Source: Thermofilaceae archaeon (GTDB lineage Archaea > Thermoproteota > Thermoprotei > Thermofilales > Thermofilaceae). Taken from it: a stretch of 64,000 bases of DNA. The stretch is from NCBI GenBank assembly GCA_038861545.1, contig JAWCCZ010000002.1, forward strand, positions 160,001-224,000. The letters run 5' to 3'. Under the pieces are notes generated by a model. The model saw nothing but the letters and a program-made list of their open reading frames with translations, was not told where the DNA came from and did not search any database. The position numbers and the translations under genes are program-made. Of this stretch, positions 38,110 through 48,660 are shown in pieces (within the stretch, counting starts at the first letter, position 1; every line of letters starts with the position of its first letter).

Positions 38110-40009
38110 GGAGAAATCCAATCATTAAGGCAATTATAACTAATGTGGCTGTAATTATTATCTCAACAGGGATAGGCGCTTGTACTTCTTTTCCTTCAGG
38201 GATTTCTTGTCCCGGTTCCTCCGCAGGAGGCTGCTCTGGAGGTGCTGCTGGCGTTTCCTCCCGTTTTTCAGGTTGAATATAGTTTATCTCCTCGTAAGTT
38301 TGGCCTACATTACCTGCAAGGTCCCATGCTATGGCTTCCACTCGTAGGGTCGTCGCATTAAGCACCGGCAGCTCAACCTGGTAACTGTTCACGCCAATCT
38401 CTCGAGCTTCTAGCTCCCCTGATTCACTGCCTGTTGAGTACTTAACTAGAACTTTCCAAACCCCCCAACCTGAGTCGGATACCCGAAGATATAAGGTTAC
38501 GCGATCTTGCTGTGCAACCGGCCTCCTAGGCGTGTAAAGCGCAAAATTGATAGAGGGGCGTTCGTTATCCGCGTAGCTGGCTACGGTTACAAGGGACGTG
38601 GCAGGCTGGACGCTTAAGGTTAAGTGCGTTAAATGCCATGGAGCGTACGCTTTTGAATTTAACTCTTTAACTAGAGTTTTATTGCCGAACAAGCTGTAAG
38701 AATGCATGGGGATAGACCCGTTAAGGTATAGCGACGCCTCGATCTCTTTAATGGGTAACCCTAGTCTAGGATCCAGCTTAGCGAGTACAGTAGCAGCCTC
38801 GCGGCTTGCATCATATAAGATACGAAATACTGTACCATCCAACGTAAACGAGGAAGGTTCACTTAACGGGTTCTTCCCTGCCTGCCCTATAACTTCGACG
38901 CGGCCTTGCGCGTCAATAGAAACTATTTTGAAGCCCCTCCAATCCGCGCTGCCACCTGTCGTAGTGGTAGTAACGAACCAAGTTTTGTTATTATATACTA
39001 CAAGCCCATCCCCGTGAACGTGTCCGGAGAGCACTAAGCTCACCCCCCGCTCCTCTACAATCCTCAAAAAACGTTGAAGTTCCTCGGTGCGCTCAGCCCA
39101 GCTACTGTAAATGTAGCTGCTCAGTTTATCAGACTCTCTCCACGATCCCTCCACAGATGCGAAAAGGTTATAGCGGAAAATTGGGTGATGCATTAAAACG
39201 ATCTTAACCTTATTTAGATTAGCTGCCATGATTTTATCAAGCCATTCAAGCTGTTGCATGTCAGCATAGCCAGTCATACCAGTATCTAAGCTCGCTATCA
39301 GGAAAGGCCCTATTACCCTGTACCAGTTGGCGGGACCCACATAACGACCGTAGTATTTCTCAGAGAAGCTCTTGGCATCCGTTTGCGAGTGATCATGATT
39401 ACCTGGTATGAAAAACATGGGTTTCCTGATGCGATTAGCCAACTCATACAGGGTTTTAAATGCATTAATATCTGAGCCTATATCTACGCAGTCCCCAGTA
39501 ATAGCTACTAAATCTACTTGAAGAGTATTAACCAAGTTGAAGGCTGACTCAACGTACACTGTGCTTCGAACACCCCCAACTATTACCTCTACATGTAGGT
39601 CAGAGAGATGAGCTATGGAGAGCTTATTTGGTTCCTTCTCCAGTAGCCATATACTTTTAGGCTCCATAACGAGTTCGCCGGATACATTTAAGTAAAGGTC
39701 GTAAAGATTCGGCTCTGCTTGAACAGGAGCTTCGAATATTAAAGTAAAAGTATCACCGGTAGAGCCTGAGCTGATCAGCCTTAAAGTATAATTTACTCCC
39801 GGAGCCTTTATCCACGCTCCAGTGACCCTGCTCGAACTTAAAAGCGTTACATTAAAGTTTTGTCCGGGAAAAACCACAATTGGCATCGAGTACCTTGGGT
39901 CTATTACCCTCACTTCAGGGCTAGCTAAAACATAAGATGTTGTAAGGTATAGAAGAATAACGTAGAAAACCGCGGTAAGCGATTTAACATAAATTTCCCT
40001 ACTCCCCAT
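38087..40009 (-). CDS. Secreted, C-terminally anchored metallophosphoesterase
   Basis: Signal peptide, SDLH, TGDCVD, PGNHD, MHHP, SGHVH, Ig-like region, Pro/Glu linker, C-terminal TM plus basic tail. Confidence 0.88.
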   Translation of the reverse strand: MGSREIYVKSLTAVFYVILLYLTTSYVLASPEVRVIDPRYSMPIVVFPGQNFNVTLLSSSRVTGAWIKAPGVNYTLRLISSGSTGDTFTLIFEAPVQAEPNLYDLYLNVSGELVMEPKSIWLLEKEPNKLSIAHLSDLHVEVIVGGVRSTVYVESAFNLVNTLQVDLVAITGDCVDIGSDINAFKTLYELANRIRKPMFFIPGNHDHSQTDAKSFSEKYYGRYVGPANWYRVIGPFLIASLDTGMTGYADMQQLEWLDKIMAANLNKVKIVLMHHPIFRYNLFASVEGSWRESDKLSSYIYSSWAERTEELQRFLRIVEERGVSLVLSGHVHGDGLVVYNNKTWFVTTTTTGGSADWRGFKIVSIDAQGRVEVIGQAGKNPLSEPSSFTLDGTVFRILYDASREAATVLAKLDPRLGLPIKEIEASLYLNGSIPMHSYSLFGNKTLVKELNSKAYAPWHLTHLTLSVQPATSLVTVASYADNERPSINFALYTPRRPVAQQDRVTLYLRVSDSGWGVWKVLVKYSTGSESGELEAREIGVNSYQVELPVLNATTLRVEAIAWDLAGNVGQTYEEINYIQPEKREETPAAPPEQPPAEEPGQEIPEGKEVQAPIPVEIIITATLVIIALMIGFLLMRRKRS

Positions 40010-40066
40010 TTTTATCAGGTAAAAAATCTCCTAGGATTTAAAACTATTTTATCAGAATAATGTTAA

Positions 40067-41143
40067 CTACTCGAACTCCAGCTCCTCCCAGCCCCGGGCA
40101 GGGTAAACTTTAACGTCTTCACTCCTTATGTATAACTTTATTGGAGCTCCCTCGTCGACTTTCTCCTCTGGATCGATATAAGCTATCACCCGATCCCCAT
40201 TAGCATTAACTCTAAGCTGCTTGTAAGTACCTAAAAACATAACTAACTCGACCCTACCCTCTATTTGATTAGCACCTGAAATAGGGGTCAGGGAGAAATC
40301 TTCCGGCCTGAGGACAGCTATAGCCTCGTCCCCTACCTCTCCAACGGTTATACCCTCCAGTTGCAATCCGTTGCTCGTAACTAGCTTAACCCGATCCAAT
40401 TGTTTACCATCAACCCGGCCTTTTAGTAAACTGCCACGTCCTATGAAAGTAGCTATAAAAAGATTTAATGGTTTAGAGTAAACCTCGATGGGAGTGCCAA
40501 CTTGCAATATGCGGCCTTTATTCATTACAGCTACTCTATCTGAGATGCTCATCGCTTCCTCTTGATCATGAGTCACGTAAATTGTGGTTATCCCCAAACG
40601 CTTTTGGAGTCTTTTAAGCTCCTCCCTCATCCTAAGCCTGAGCTTAGCGTCTAAGTTGCTTAGTGGCTCGTCCATTAATAGAACCTTCGGTTCAACTACC
40701 AGGGCTCTGGCTAAAGCTACACGCTGTTGTTGACCACCGCTAAGCTGCAACGGGTAGCGGTTTTCAAGCCCTTCAAGGCCTACCAGTTTTAAAACTTCAT
40801 TTACCCTTCTTCTGATCTCGCTCGAGGCTGCGCCCCTTACCTTTAAACCATAAGCAACATTTTCGAAAACAGTCATATGCGGCCATAGAGCATAGTTCTG
40901 GAACACCATAGCGCAGCCCCTTTCAGACGGTTTCTTGAAGGTTACATCCTCCCCATCAAAAGTTACGTAGCCACTGTCAGGTAGCTCAAAACCGGCTATA
41001 ATTCTCAGCGTAGTCGTTTTCCCGCAACCCGAAGGCCCAAGCAGAGTAAATAGCTCGCTGTGTTCTATACTCAGCGTCACATTGTCAGCAGCTATTATGT
41101 TCTCAAACTTCTTTGAAACTCCTTTAAGGTCTACTCTCGTCAT
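40067..41143 (-). CDS. ABC importer ATP-binding protein (FbpC/AfuC/PotA type)
   Basis: GPSGCGKTT, VFQNYALWPHM, LSGGQQQR, DEPLSNLD, TOBE tail. Confidence 0.95.
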   Translation of the reverse strand: MTRVDLKGVSKKFENIIAADNVTLSIEHSELFTLLGPSGCGKTTTLRIIAGFELPDSGYVTFDGEDVTFKKPSERGCAMVFQNYALWPHMTVFENVAYGLKVRGAASSEIRRRVNEVLKLVGLEGLENRYPLQLSGGQQQRVALARALVVEPKVLLMDEPLSNLDAKLRLRMREELKRLQKRLGITTIYVTHDQEEAMSISDRVAVMNKGRILQVGTPIEVYSKPLNLFIATFIGRGSLLKGRVDGKQLDRVKLVTSNGLQLEGITVGEVGDEAIAVLRPEDFSLTPISGANQIEGRVELVMFLGTYKQLRVNANGDRVIAYIDPEEKVDEGAPIKLYIRSEDVKVYPARGWEELEFE

Positions 41144-41145
41144 AC

Positions 41146-42951
41146 CTACACCCCGATGTAAGCATACCGCTGCTTAAACACTACGTTTACCAGAGTAATC
41201 ACAAACAGCTGAGTAGTTATTAGTAACACACCCAGAGAAGCTACAATATAAGGTCCACCAACTCTCTCAAGGTAATCCATCATAATGTAGGTGATTGGAG
41301 CGCTATGCCTCTCCCCCATCCCGCCTAAACCCCCAAGCGTTACACTGGTGCTTGTTTCACTCATACAGTATACAAAGCTTACCATGACGCCGCTTAGCAG
41401 ACTTAAACCGATTAATGGAAGAACTATATTTATTAGAGTCTTAAACCTTCCTGCTCCCAGGTTCAAGGAAGCTTCTTCCAATGCTATGTGGATTTGTTGA
41501 AGACCTGCAAAAACAGCCCTAGCTGTAAATGGCAACCTCCTTATAGCGTAAGCTAAGACTAATAGCGCCGATGGCCCGCTCGAGATAGGATCCAAGATTG
41601 ATCCCCGGAAAAATGAAGAAAAAAAGTAAAAATACCCAACAGCTAGCACCAGACCTGGTATCGCAACCGGAGAAGTTACTAGGAGATCCAGCAGCTCGAG
41701 TCCTCGAAAACGAGCGATAACGTAGGGGGCTGAGACCCCGATGAAAGCTATTAGGAGTAAAGCGAAAAGCGAGTAGGTTAAACTGTTAAGTATAGCTCTA
41801 GACACTAGGGGGTCTGAAACCATAGAACCTAAATGCTCAAGTGTAAATCCTTCAGGTAGAGGGCCTGTCCACCGCTCAGCGAACGCATAGGCGAAGACTG
41901 CTAGCTGTGGGAAAGCAGAGAACACTAGTAGGGGTGTTAATGCTGTATATACTGCCAGTTTACCTTTTAAACCCAGCCTAGTTACCCTTGGCTTCCACCT
42001 ACCACCCCTACTTAGCATAGCGTACTGCTTCAAAGTCACGTACTTCCTGATAATAGTGAATATAACTAAGGCAAGCATTAGTAAAATCACGGCCAGCTGA
42101 GCGGCAGCCGGTGAAAGCTGACCGGTTGTAGCCTCGATAAATCGGTTAAAAACCTGATAGGATATTAGCCTATGCTCGTTAAATACTATTGGCGCAGCTA
42201 CATCCTCTAACGAGAATATGAAAACCAGTGCAGCACCAGCGGCGAGGCCAGGTAAGGATAAGGGTAAGGTTACTGTTCTGAATAGTCTTAAACTCTTAGC
42301 TCCAAGGTTCTCGGCTTGTTCTTCTAAACTCGGATCAATGTTAACCATGCTAGCGTAAACGTTGAGGTAAACTAAGGGATAGAAAGTCATAATTTGCGCT
42401 ACAGCGACTCCTGCTAATTCCGTAATCCCCAATCTAATGGGTAAACCTAACACGTCGCAGATAAGCCATGATACGATGCCGTCCCTCCAGTCAAATAGCT
42501 TCCTTATTACAAATGAGTTTATAAAAGGTGTTTGAAGAAGAGGTACAGTGGCTAAGATTCTCAGTGCTTGCTTACCCTTAAAATCGTACCGCGCGAAGAT
42601 AAATGCAACGATGACACCGATAACACTGGCGGCGAAGGTTACTACCAGGCCGTTTAAAATAGAGTTAACGACTGCACTGAAACTAATGCCTGTAATCTTG
42701 AAAACAGTAACCTGTCGACCTCGGAACACCACACTACTGGCTGTTAAAAGATTGCTTTTCGGTTTAAGGTCGAAGTAAGTTGGATCATTTAGTAGGTAAG
42801 CCGGATTGTAAAGAGAAGCTGCATAAATAACCGACGCTAAAGGGGCTACTAAGAGAAACATAAACATTAAAACTGGTAAAACTATCAGGATGACTAGAAA
42901 AGGATCAAAGTAGAAAAATAATCTATCTGGTTTACGGAACACACTTTGCAC
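41146..42951 (-). CDS. ABC importer fused permease (FbpB/AfuB type)
   Basis: Two EAA loops (LEEQAENLGA; LEEASLNLGA), about 12 TM. Confidence 0.92.
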   Translation of the reverse strand: MQSVFRKPDRLFFYFDPFLVILIVLPVLMFMFLLVAPLASVIYAASLYNPAYLLNDPTYFDLKPKSNLLTASSVVFRGRQVTVFKITGISFSAVVNSILNGLVVTFAASVIGVIVAFIFARYDFKGKQALRILATVPLLQTPFINSFVIRKLFDWRDGIVSWLICDVLGLPIRLGITELAGVAVAQIMTFYPLVYLNVYASMVNIDPSLEEQAENLGAKSLRLFRTVTLPLSLPGLAAGAALVFIFSLEDVAAPIVFNEHRLISYQVFNRFIEATTGQLSPAAAQLAVILLMLALVIFTIIRKYVTLKQYAMLSRGGRWKPRVTRLGLKGKLAVYTALTPLLVFSAFPQLAVFAYAFAERWTGPLPEGFTLEHLGSMVSDPLVSRAILNSLTYSLFALLLIAFIGVSAPYVIARFRGLELLDLLVTSPVAIPGLVLAVGYFYFFSSFFRGSILDPISSGPSALLVLAYAIRRLPFTARAVFAGLQQIHIALEEASLNLGAGRFKTLINIVLPLIGLSLLSGVMVSFVYCMSETSTSVTLGGLGGMGERHSAPITYIMMDYLERVGGPYIVASLGVLLITTQLFVITLVNVVFKQRYAYIGV

Positions 42952-42958
42952 CCAACTT

Positions 42959-44398
42959 TTAGCCGCCTAAGGATTTTAGAACGGTAGAATAGCGGTCAAT
43001 CGCTGCGCGCTTCCACATAGTAATCAATACATCTTTAAAAGCTGCATCGGATTGAAACTTTTCACATATGGATATTGCATAGTCCTGAGTAAATGTAACG
43101 TTTTCAGATGTTAAAGGATCTGTAAAATTGAGTGGAGCAGTAATCGCGTCCACATACTTTTGATACTCACTCTCCGAAAGCTTACCGGAGAAATAATTGG
43201 CAAGTAAGGCTTTCCAAACGGCTCTCAAGTAATCCTTCACCTCCACAAGCGTGGCTCTAAAGTACCACTGCATAACCGGCTCGTAAGACAATGCCAGCGT
43301 ATCGTTAAACTCGATTGAAGGGGTTTCTAAGGCTCTTTCATAAGCTTCTTTCAAGTCAACTCTACTCGAACCTTCAGGAGTCTCAAAAACCCGTGGATTC
43401 GCTGGTAATCTATTTATCTCGGGGTCCAACCATATTTTCTGCCCCTCTGTTAAGACCCATGCAATAAAAGCCTGCGCAGCCTCCGGGTTTTCACTCCCGA
43501 TGACGAGAGCTATCGGGTCACCGTTAACTATACTTTCACCTTCTGGTACTATATATTCACAGTCCGGGTTAATATACTTGGCAGTATAGCCATAGAAATC
43601 GATCGTTATTGCAGCTGCGGCATCACCTTGAATCACCGCGTCTCGAGCATCACCGCTACCAGGGTAAATTTCCGCGTTCGCGGCCATCAGAGTTAAAAGC
43701 CTCCAACCCTCGTTCCACCCATAGCGTTGAAGGATGATTTCATACATTCGAGTATGGCTTGTGCTTTGAGTAGGGTCAGCTATAGCAAGAGCCGGTTCAT
43801 TAAACTCCACAAGAGTTTTACCCAGCGTAGGGGAAGCCAAGTCTGACCAGCTACGTGGAACGGGGAGATTATAATCCCTTAATCTTACATGGTTAACTGT
43901 GAAACCAAAGCTGGAGATAGCGGCTGCTACCCAGTATATTTCACCGTTCTTCATGCGCTTCATAGGTACACCCATAATTTCATCAGGCACTTGAGTAGCC
44001 GCCTCTATAGCAGCTTTAGATGTTAAAGGCGCTAATAATCCTCTCTGAAATAGTGAATCGAAAAGTGTTGGCCCTCCGCCCCATGCTACATCAGCTTTCT
44101 CACCGGTAATGTAACTTTCCCACAAGCCGGGTGGTAATCCAACTGTTTTTAAATCCGTAATATTGTATTTTTTAGCCACGTCACTGGATAGGAACATTCG
44201 ACGTGCCTTCACAAGTATTTCAGTTGGATGCCTACTTATTACAACCAGCTGTACACTTTTTGATAGTTGATCGCCTGGAGGGGTTTCAGTGGGCTGGCTT
44301 GGAGTGGGTGGTTTCTGAAATAACAAAATCATGATAATTAATCCAACTGCTAATACTGCTATTAGTGCAATCGCTATGGTTTTGCTAATACCTTTCAT
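42959..44398 (-). CDS. ABC importer substrate-binding protein (FbpA/AfuA family)
   Basis: N-terminal anchor, DVAWGGG, PRSWSDL, ADPTQSTS, IDFYG, DPIAL, AQAFIAWVL. Confidence 0.9.
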   Translation of the reverse strand: MKGISKTIAIALIAVLAVGLIIMILLFQKPPTPSQPTETPPGDQLSKSVQLVVISRHPTEILVKARRMFLSSDVAKKYNITDLKTVGLPPGLWESYITGEKADVAWGGGPTLFDSLFQRGLLAPLTSKAAIEAATQVPDEIMGVPMKRMKNGEIYWVAAAISSFGFTVNHVRLRDYNLPVPRSWSDLASPTLGKTLVEFNEPALAIADPTQSTSHTRMYEIILQRYGWNEGWRLLTLMAANAEIYPGSGDARDAVIQGDAAAAITIDFYGYTAKYINPDCEYIVPEGESIVNGDPIALVIGSENPEAAQAFIAWVLTEGQKIWLDPEINRLPANPRVFETPEGSSRVDLKEAYERALETPSIEFNDTLALSYEPVMQWYFRATLVEVKDYLRAVWKALLANYFSGKLSESEYQKYVDAITAPLNFTDPLTSENVTFTQDYAISICEKFQSDAAFKDVLITMWKRAAIDRYSTVLKSLGG

Positions 44399-44483
44399 CG
44401 TGACTAATTACATAAGGGGCAAATAAACCTCACGATTACCAAGAAAACGATAAACTTTTATACTGTGACGCGGTAAACTCTCC

Positions 44484-45692
44484 GTGGGAAACAAAACATT
44501 AGCAATAATTATGATAACGAGCTTCGTGATCGCTTTAACCGCTTCCCCATTATCCCTTTCAGCACCAGTTGGCATTCCAATTTTGATAGACCTGAGCCAT
44601 AAGCAACCCTCGATGGGTGTTGACGTAATTATCAAAATGGTACCTGAAGCACAATGGTATGTTTTAGTTAGCAGTAAAGATGCGGCGGATGCTCTTCCCG
44701 CTACAATTAAAGAAAACTCTGTGGTTCTGGTAGGTGATTTCTCTACTGTCGACCTAGAGAAACTCGGGATAGTAATGGTTATTTTCGGTCAACCTCAGAC
44801 CACTTTAAAGCCAGAAGAAATTACCGCTTTAGCGAAGTGGTTCCTTACAGACTCTGGAAGAACGCTCTGGGTTTCAGCCGATAGCGACTATCCAGCTCAG
44901 GGTGGTGAACAATCTCAGCACGTTGCTAATGCTATCCTAGAAGCTGTAGGCGCTCACCTTAGGATGGATTACACTGCTGCTTACGATTCTCTCAGTAACG
45001 CCGGTGGCGCTACGTACAGGGTTTTAGCCTTTGTCAACGTTAGTGAAATACCCGTTCTCAGGTATGGTTGTGATCGTGTGCTCTTCCACGGCCCAGGTCC
45101 GGTAGCCTGGGTGGATGACGCAGGCAAGTGGCATAAATTATTGCCAACTGAAAAACCTAAGAATACTTTTATAATTGCATCGACAAGCTCTGAGTCTGAG
45201 ATAGTTGAAAATCAAGCGGAGCCTCAAGGAACTACAGCAAAAGTGTACAAGCCAGGGGATAGAGGCTCTTTCGTGCTGATGGCGGCGGAATACATACCGG
45301 TGAAAAACGCTTCTAACATAGTTATTCTTTCAGGAGAAACTCCTTACGGTGGCTACCAGCCGGGAGCTACCTGGAGTTACTATGGAATTAGAATAAGTGG
45401 TCCACGATTTGTTCGAAACGTGATACTCTGGGCAACAGGCTACATGGGCGAATTAAAAGAATATGAAAAGTTGGCTAAGCTACCTGAAGAGATTTTAACA
45501 AGAGTAGAGACACTGAGTAAGGAAATTAGCTCAAGGGTAGAGACTCTAAGCAGAGATCTCACAAATAGGGTTGATTCAGCTATAGCTGGAGTTTCCTCTA
45601 CCCTAAACTTGGCTTTAGGTTTAGCCGCTATTGCTTTGATTCTAGCTATAGTAGCTTTAGCGTTATCATTCAGGAAACCGAAATCAGGTTAA
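44484..45692 (+). CDS. Cell-surface protein with GATase-like/ABC-auxiliary-type domain, coiled-coil stalk and C-terminal TM anchor
   Basis: Signal peptide, ILIDLSH, LWVSADSDY, FVRNVILW, repeated RVETLS stalk, C-terminal TM; divergent from the ABC operon. Confidence 0.7.
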   Translation: MGNKTLAIIMITSFVIALTASPLSLSAPVGIPILIDLSHKQPSMGVDVIIKMVPEAQWYVLVSSKDAADALPATIKENSVVLVGDFSTVDLEKLGIVMVIFGQPQTTLKPEEITALAKWFLTDSGRTLWVSADSDYPAQGGEQSQHVANAILEAVGAHLRMDYTAAYDSLSNAGGATYRVLAFVNVSEIPVLRYGCDRVLFHGPGPVAWVDDAGKWHKLLPTEKPKNTFIIASTSSESEIVENQAEPQGTTAKVYKPGDRGSFVLMAAEYIPVKNASNIVILSGETPYGGYQPGATWSYYGIRISGPRFVRNVILWATGYMGELKEYEKLAKLPEEILTRVETLSKEISSRVETLSRDLTNRVDSAIAGVSSTLNLALGLAAIALILAIVALALSFRKPKSG

Positions 45693-45760
45693 TTAAATTG
45701 AAATTTTTATTTTAAAATTTTTCCTCTTAATACAAGTTAAACACTTATACTTTGAATAAA

Positions 45761-45973
45761 TTAGCCTCCCGAAACGACTGGTATAAGCTTTAAATGTGAG
45801 GGATTCTCAATAGCCTTGTCGTCAGGCACGACCCTCCCGTTGAGCACGGCTACGTACTCGGAGGGATTCAGCCCTATACGTTTGACTACGCTTTCAACAG
45901 TTTCCCCCACCTTAATCTTTAAGGACTTCTCACCTAAGCGTATAACCTCAACTTTAACTTCAACCTCCTCCAT
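45761..45973 (-). CDS. Ubiquitin-like sulfur carrier (ThiS/MoaD/SAMP family)
   Basis: 70 aa, beta-grasp pattern VAVLNGRVV, C-terminal VVSGG. Confidence 0.9.
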   Translation of the reverse strand: MEEVEVKVEVIRLGEKSLKIKVGETVESVVKRIGLNPSEYVAVLNGRVVPDDKAIENPSHLKLIPVVSGG

Positions 45974-46012
45974 ATTCTAGGTGATCGTGAACCCTCGGTA
46001 ATAAAACTTGAG

Positions 46013-46741
46013 TTAATAAATCATAGGTAAAAAGGGACCAAATATCCTAGCAAGCGAAGTGTACTGGGGAACATATACCTTTTCCCTCCCTTTGACAATT
46101 GCATCAAGTATTGCCTTAGCTACTTGCTCGGGTTTTATAGGTTTCACCCAGCTTGGCGGGGGGCTACCAGCCCTTCGGTGGAATTCTGTATCAATTACAC
46201 CCGGGTAAACTGAAACTACTCTAATCCCTTTCGACTTTAACTCTCTACGGAGAACCTCCGTAGCATAGTGTAACGCTATTTTCGTTGCTCCGTAAGCTGG
46301 AAGCTTTAACATGAGAAAGTGTAGCCCAGTGGTTAAAACGTTGACAACAGCCGAGTTATTATGGAGAAGTGGAAGCAGCTTCTTCGTCAGATTAATAGGC
46401 GCAATAAAGTTCACTATCGTCATTGAAATCAACTCCTCATCGCTGTGCTCTAACAACTCTCTGTAAAGACCAAAACCGGCGTTGTTAACCAGTAGATCAA
46501 CCTTACCTAGACTGGCTTGAGCTTTACGGAAAACCATGTTTAAGCTTTCAGGTTTTGAGAGATCTGCAACTATGTAATCGAAGCGCTCTCCAAACATGTT
46601 ACTGAGATCCTTTAGAGGTTCCTCCCTTCTAGCTATACCTAGAACCTTTGGGCTGCTAAAACGACTACAGACCTCGATACACAAGGCTTTACCTATGCCT
46701 GACGACGCTCCCGTGATTACTGCTTTCATAGCATTCCCCAC
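46013..46741 (-). CDS. Short-chain dehydrogenase/reductase
   Basis: TGASSGIG, NNAGFG, YGATK, PGVIDTEF. Confidence 0.93.
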   Translation of the reverse strand: MGNAMKAVITGASSGIGKALCIEVCSRFSSPKVLGIARREEPLKDLSNMFGERFDYIVADLSKPESLNMVFRKAQASLGKVDLLVNNAGFGLYRELLEHSDEELISMTIVNFIAPINLTKKLLPLLHNNSAVVNVLTTGLHFLMLKLPAYGATKIALHYATEVLRRELKSKGIRVVSVYPGVIDTEFHRRAGSPPPSWVKPIKPEQVAKAILDAIVKGREKVYVPQYTSLARIFGPFLPMIY

Positions 46742-46781
46742 CGGTTCTTAAAGGCAGAGAAACAATCTTTCTGAAAAATTA

Positions 46782-47429
46782 CTATGAGCTTCTGCTTTTC
46801 CTAAGCTTATAGAGAGCTACCTCGGCCTTAATGGTCTCCGACGGCAGCTTGTTAGGTATTCCAGCAGCTCTAGCTAGCACGTAGACCTGAGCGGCTCTCT
46901 CCACACAAACTAGGATATCAAAAGCTTCCATTATATCCCTACCACAAGTGAGTATACCGTGGTTAGCCATGATCACGGCGCTTCGATCGCCTAATGCTCC
47001 TACCACATTATTGGCAAGCTCTTGAGAACCGAAGATAGCGTAATCTGCAACTTTCACTCCGCCGCCCACATATATTGCAAGCTCCTCTACAACTGGTTCA
47101 AGATCTACACGTAAAACGCCGAGAACAGTTGCATATATTGGATGAGCATGGATGATCGCCCTCACGTCCTGCCTATTCTTGTAAACTGTTACATGTAATG
47201 GCAGCTCGACGGATGGTTGACCAGTCCCCTCTAAAACCTCTCCCTCTTCATTAACTAGCAGCACATCCTCAGGCTTCATGGACGCTTTCCTAGCCCCTGT
47301 AGGCGATATCAGGTACTCGTTTTCAGAAACTCTAACGCTTACGTTTCCACTGTAGCCGTAGTTAAGATTTTTCTCTTCCATAAGCCTGAAAACAGTTACT
47401 ATCCGTTCCCGCTCAGTTAGGTACCTCAC
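46782..47429 (-). CDS. Class II aldolase/adducin family (L-fuculose-phosphate aldolase-like)
   Basis: SGNVSVR, PSVELPLH, IIHAHP, ANHG. Confidence 0.92.
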   Translation of the reverse strand: MRYLTERERIVTVFRLMEEKNLNYGYSGNVSVRVSENEYLISPTGARKASMKPEDVLLVNEEGEVLEGTGQPSVELPLHVTVYKNRQDVRAIIHAHPIYATVLGVLRVDLEPVVEELAIYVGGGVKVADYAIFGSQELANNVVGALGDRSAVIMANHGILTCGRDIMEAFDILVCVERAAQVYVLARAAGIPNKLPSETIKAEVALYKLRKSRSS

Positions 47430-47455
47430 ATGTTAACCCACCTGCAAGATACACT

Positions 47456-48532
47456 TTAATTTTCCTGTGGATGCTCAGATTCCCCAAGAGGTAACTTCAC
47501 TACTTGACCTGTTCTGCCAGATTGATAAACCGCCTTTATCAGCTCCAAACTCCTTCTGCCTTCAATACCGTCTACTCGGGGTTTACCGTCCAACGCTACA
47601 GATTGAGCGAAATCCTTTATGAGCTTTGTATGGTTATCTACTGGAACTGCCTCGGGTCTAGACCATGAGGCCAGCCCAGATTCCCTACGTCTCTCTTCGC
47701 GAGTTTCTTCACCTCTCATGACTAACATTTTTAACTCAGCTCCCTCGATAACCGCTGTACCTTCTGTCCCATGAATTTCAAGTCTAGTTGGTAAGCCAGG
47801 GTAAATGGCTGTTGCTCCCTGCACAACGCCAAAAGCTCCGTTTTTAAACTTCAGTGCAGCTACAGCGAGGTCCTCCACCTCAATGTTATGAGCGAATGTA
47901 CCAGTTAACCCCCAAAGTTCCTCCACGTCTCCCATAAACCAAAGAAGTAGATCGATCGTATGTATAGCTTGGTTGATTAAAGCCCCGCCCCCCTCCGTCG
48001 CCCACCTGCCTCTCCAGTCGCTCCGCTCATAGTATTCTTGAGGTCTAAACCATTCGACAACCGCTTCGCCCATTATTAACCTGCCTAGCTTCTCTTCCTC
48101 GATCAAGCCCTTCAACTTTTCTATAATGGGGTCGAACCGATACTCAAAAATCACGCCTAGCTTCACTCCTTTCTTTTCAGCCCTTCGAATCATCTCATCC
48201 GCTTCCCTAAGGCTAACGGCCATCGGTTTATCGACTAGCACATGGAAACCAGCTTCGATCGCCGCTAAAGCTTGAGGAAAATGCAAGTAATGAGGTGTCG
48301 AAATAGTTACGACATCGAAACCCCCTTCGTTAAGCATTTGTTCGAAGCTTGTGTACCATCGCTTTACTCCATACTTTCTGGCGAACTCCTCAGTTTTTAT
48401 CGCTTTCCTTCCCGCTACGGCTACGAGTTCTGCCGAACCTTCCCTTTTTAACAGTTGTAATGCCTTGGCTACAAAATCCCCTCCAACACCGGTTCCCACT
48501 AAACAAAATCTTATCATCAACCGAGTAAGCAT
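47456..48532 (-). CDS. Gfo/Idh/MocA family oxidoreductase
   Basis: STPHYLH, HVLVDKPMA, GGGALINQAIHTIDLL, VEDLA. Confidence 0.93.
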   Translation of the reverse strand: MLTRLMIRFCLVGTGVGGDFVAKALQLLKREGSAELVAVAGRKAIKTEEFARKYGVKRWYTSFEQMLNEGGFDVVTISTPHYLHFPQALAAIEAGFHVLVDKPMAVSLREADEMIRRAEKKGVKLGVIFEYRFDPIIEKLKGLIEEEKLGRLIMGEAVVEWFRPQEYYERSDWRGRWATEGGGALINQAIHTIDLLLWFMGDVEELWGLTGTFAHNIEVEDLAVAALKFKNGAFGVVQGATAIYPGLPTRLEIHGTEGTAVIEGAELKMLVMRGEETREERRRESGLASWSRPEAVPVDNHTKLIKDFAQSVALDGKPRVDGIEGRRSLELIKAVYQSGRTGQVVKLPLGESEHPQEN

Positions 48533-48660
48533 GCGTAAGATAAAACTCTTACATTTATTTTTGGATGGTTATGCACTGAAGACTATCAAGCGACTATTAA
48601 GTATTGATGAAGCTCGAAAACGGAGCATTGCTTTTTAATATTTAGACATGAATTCAATGT

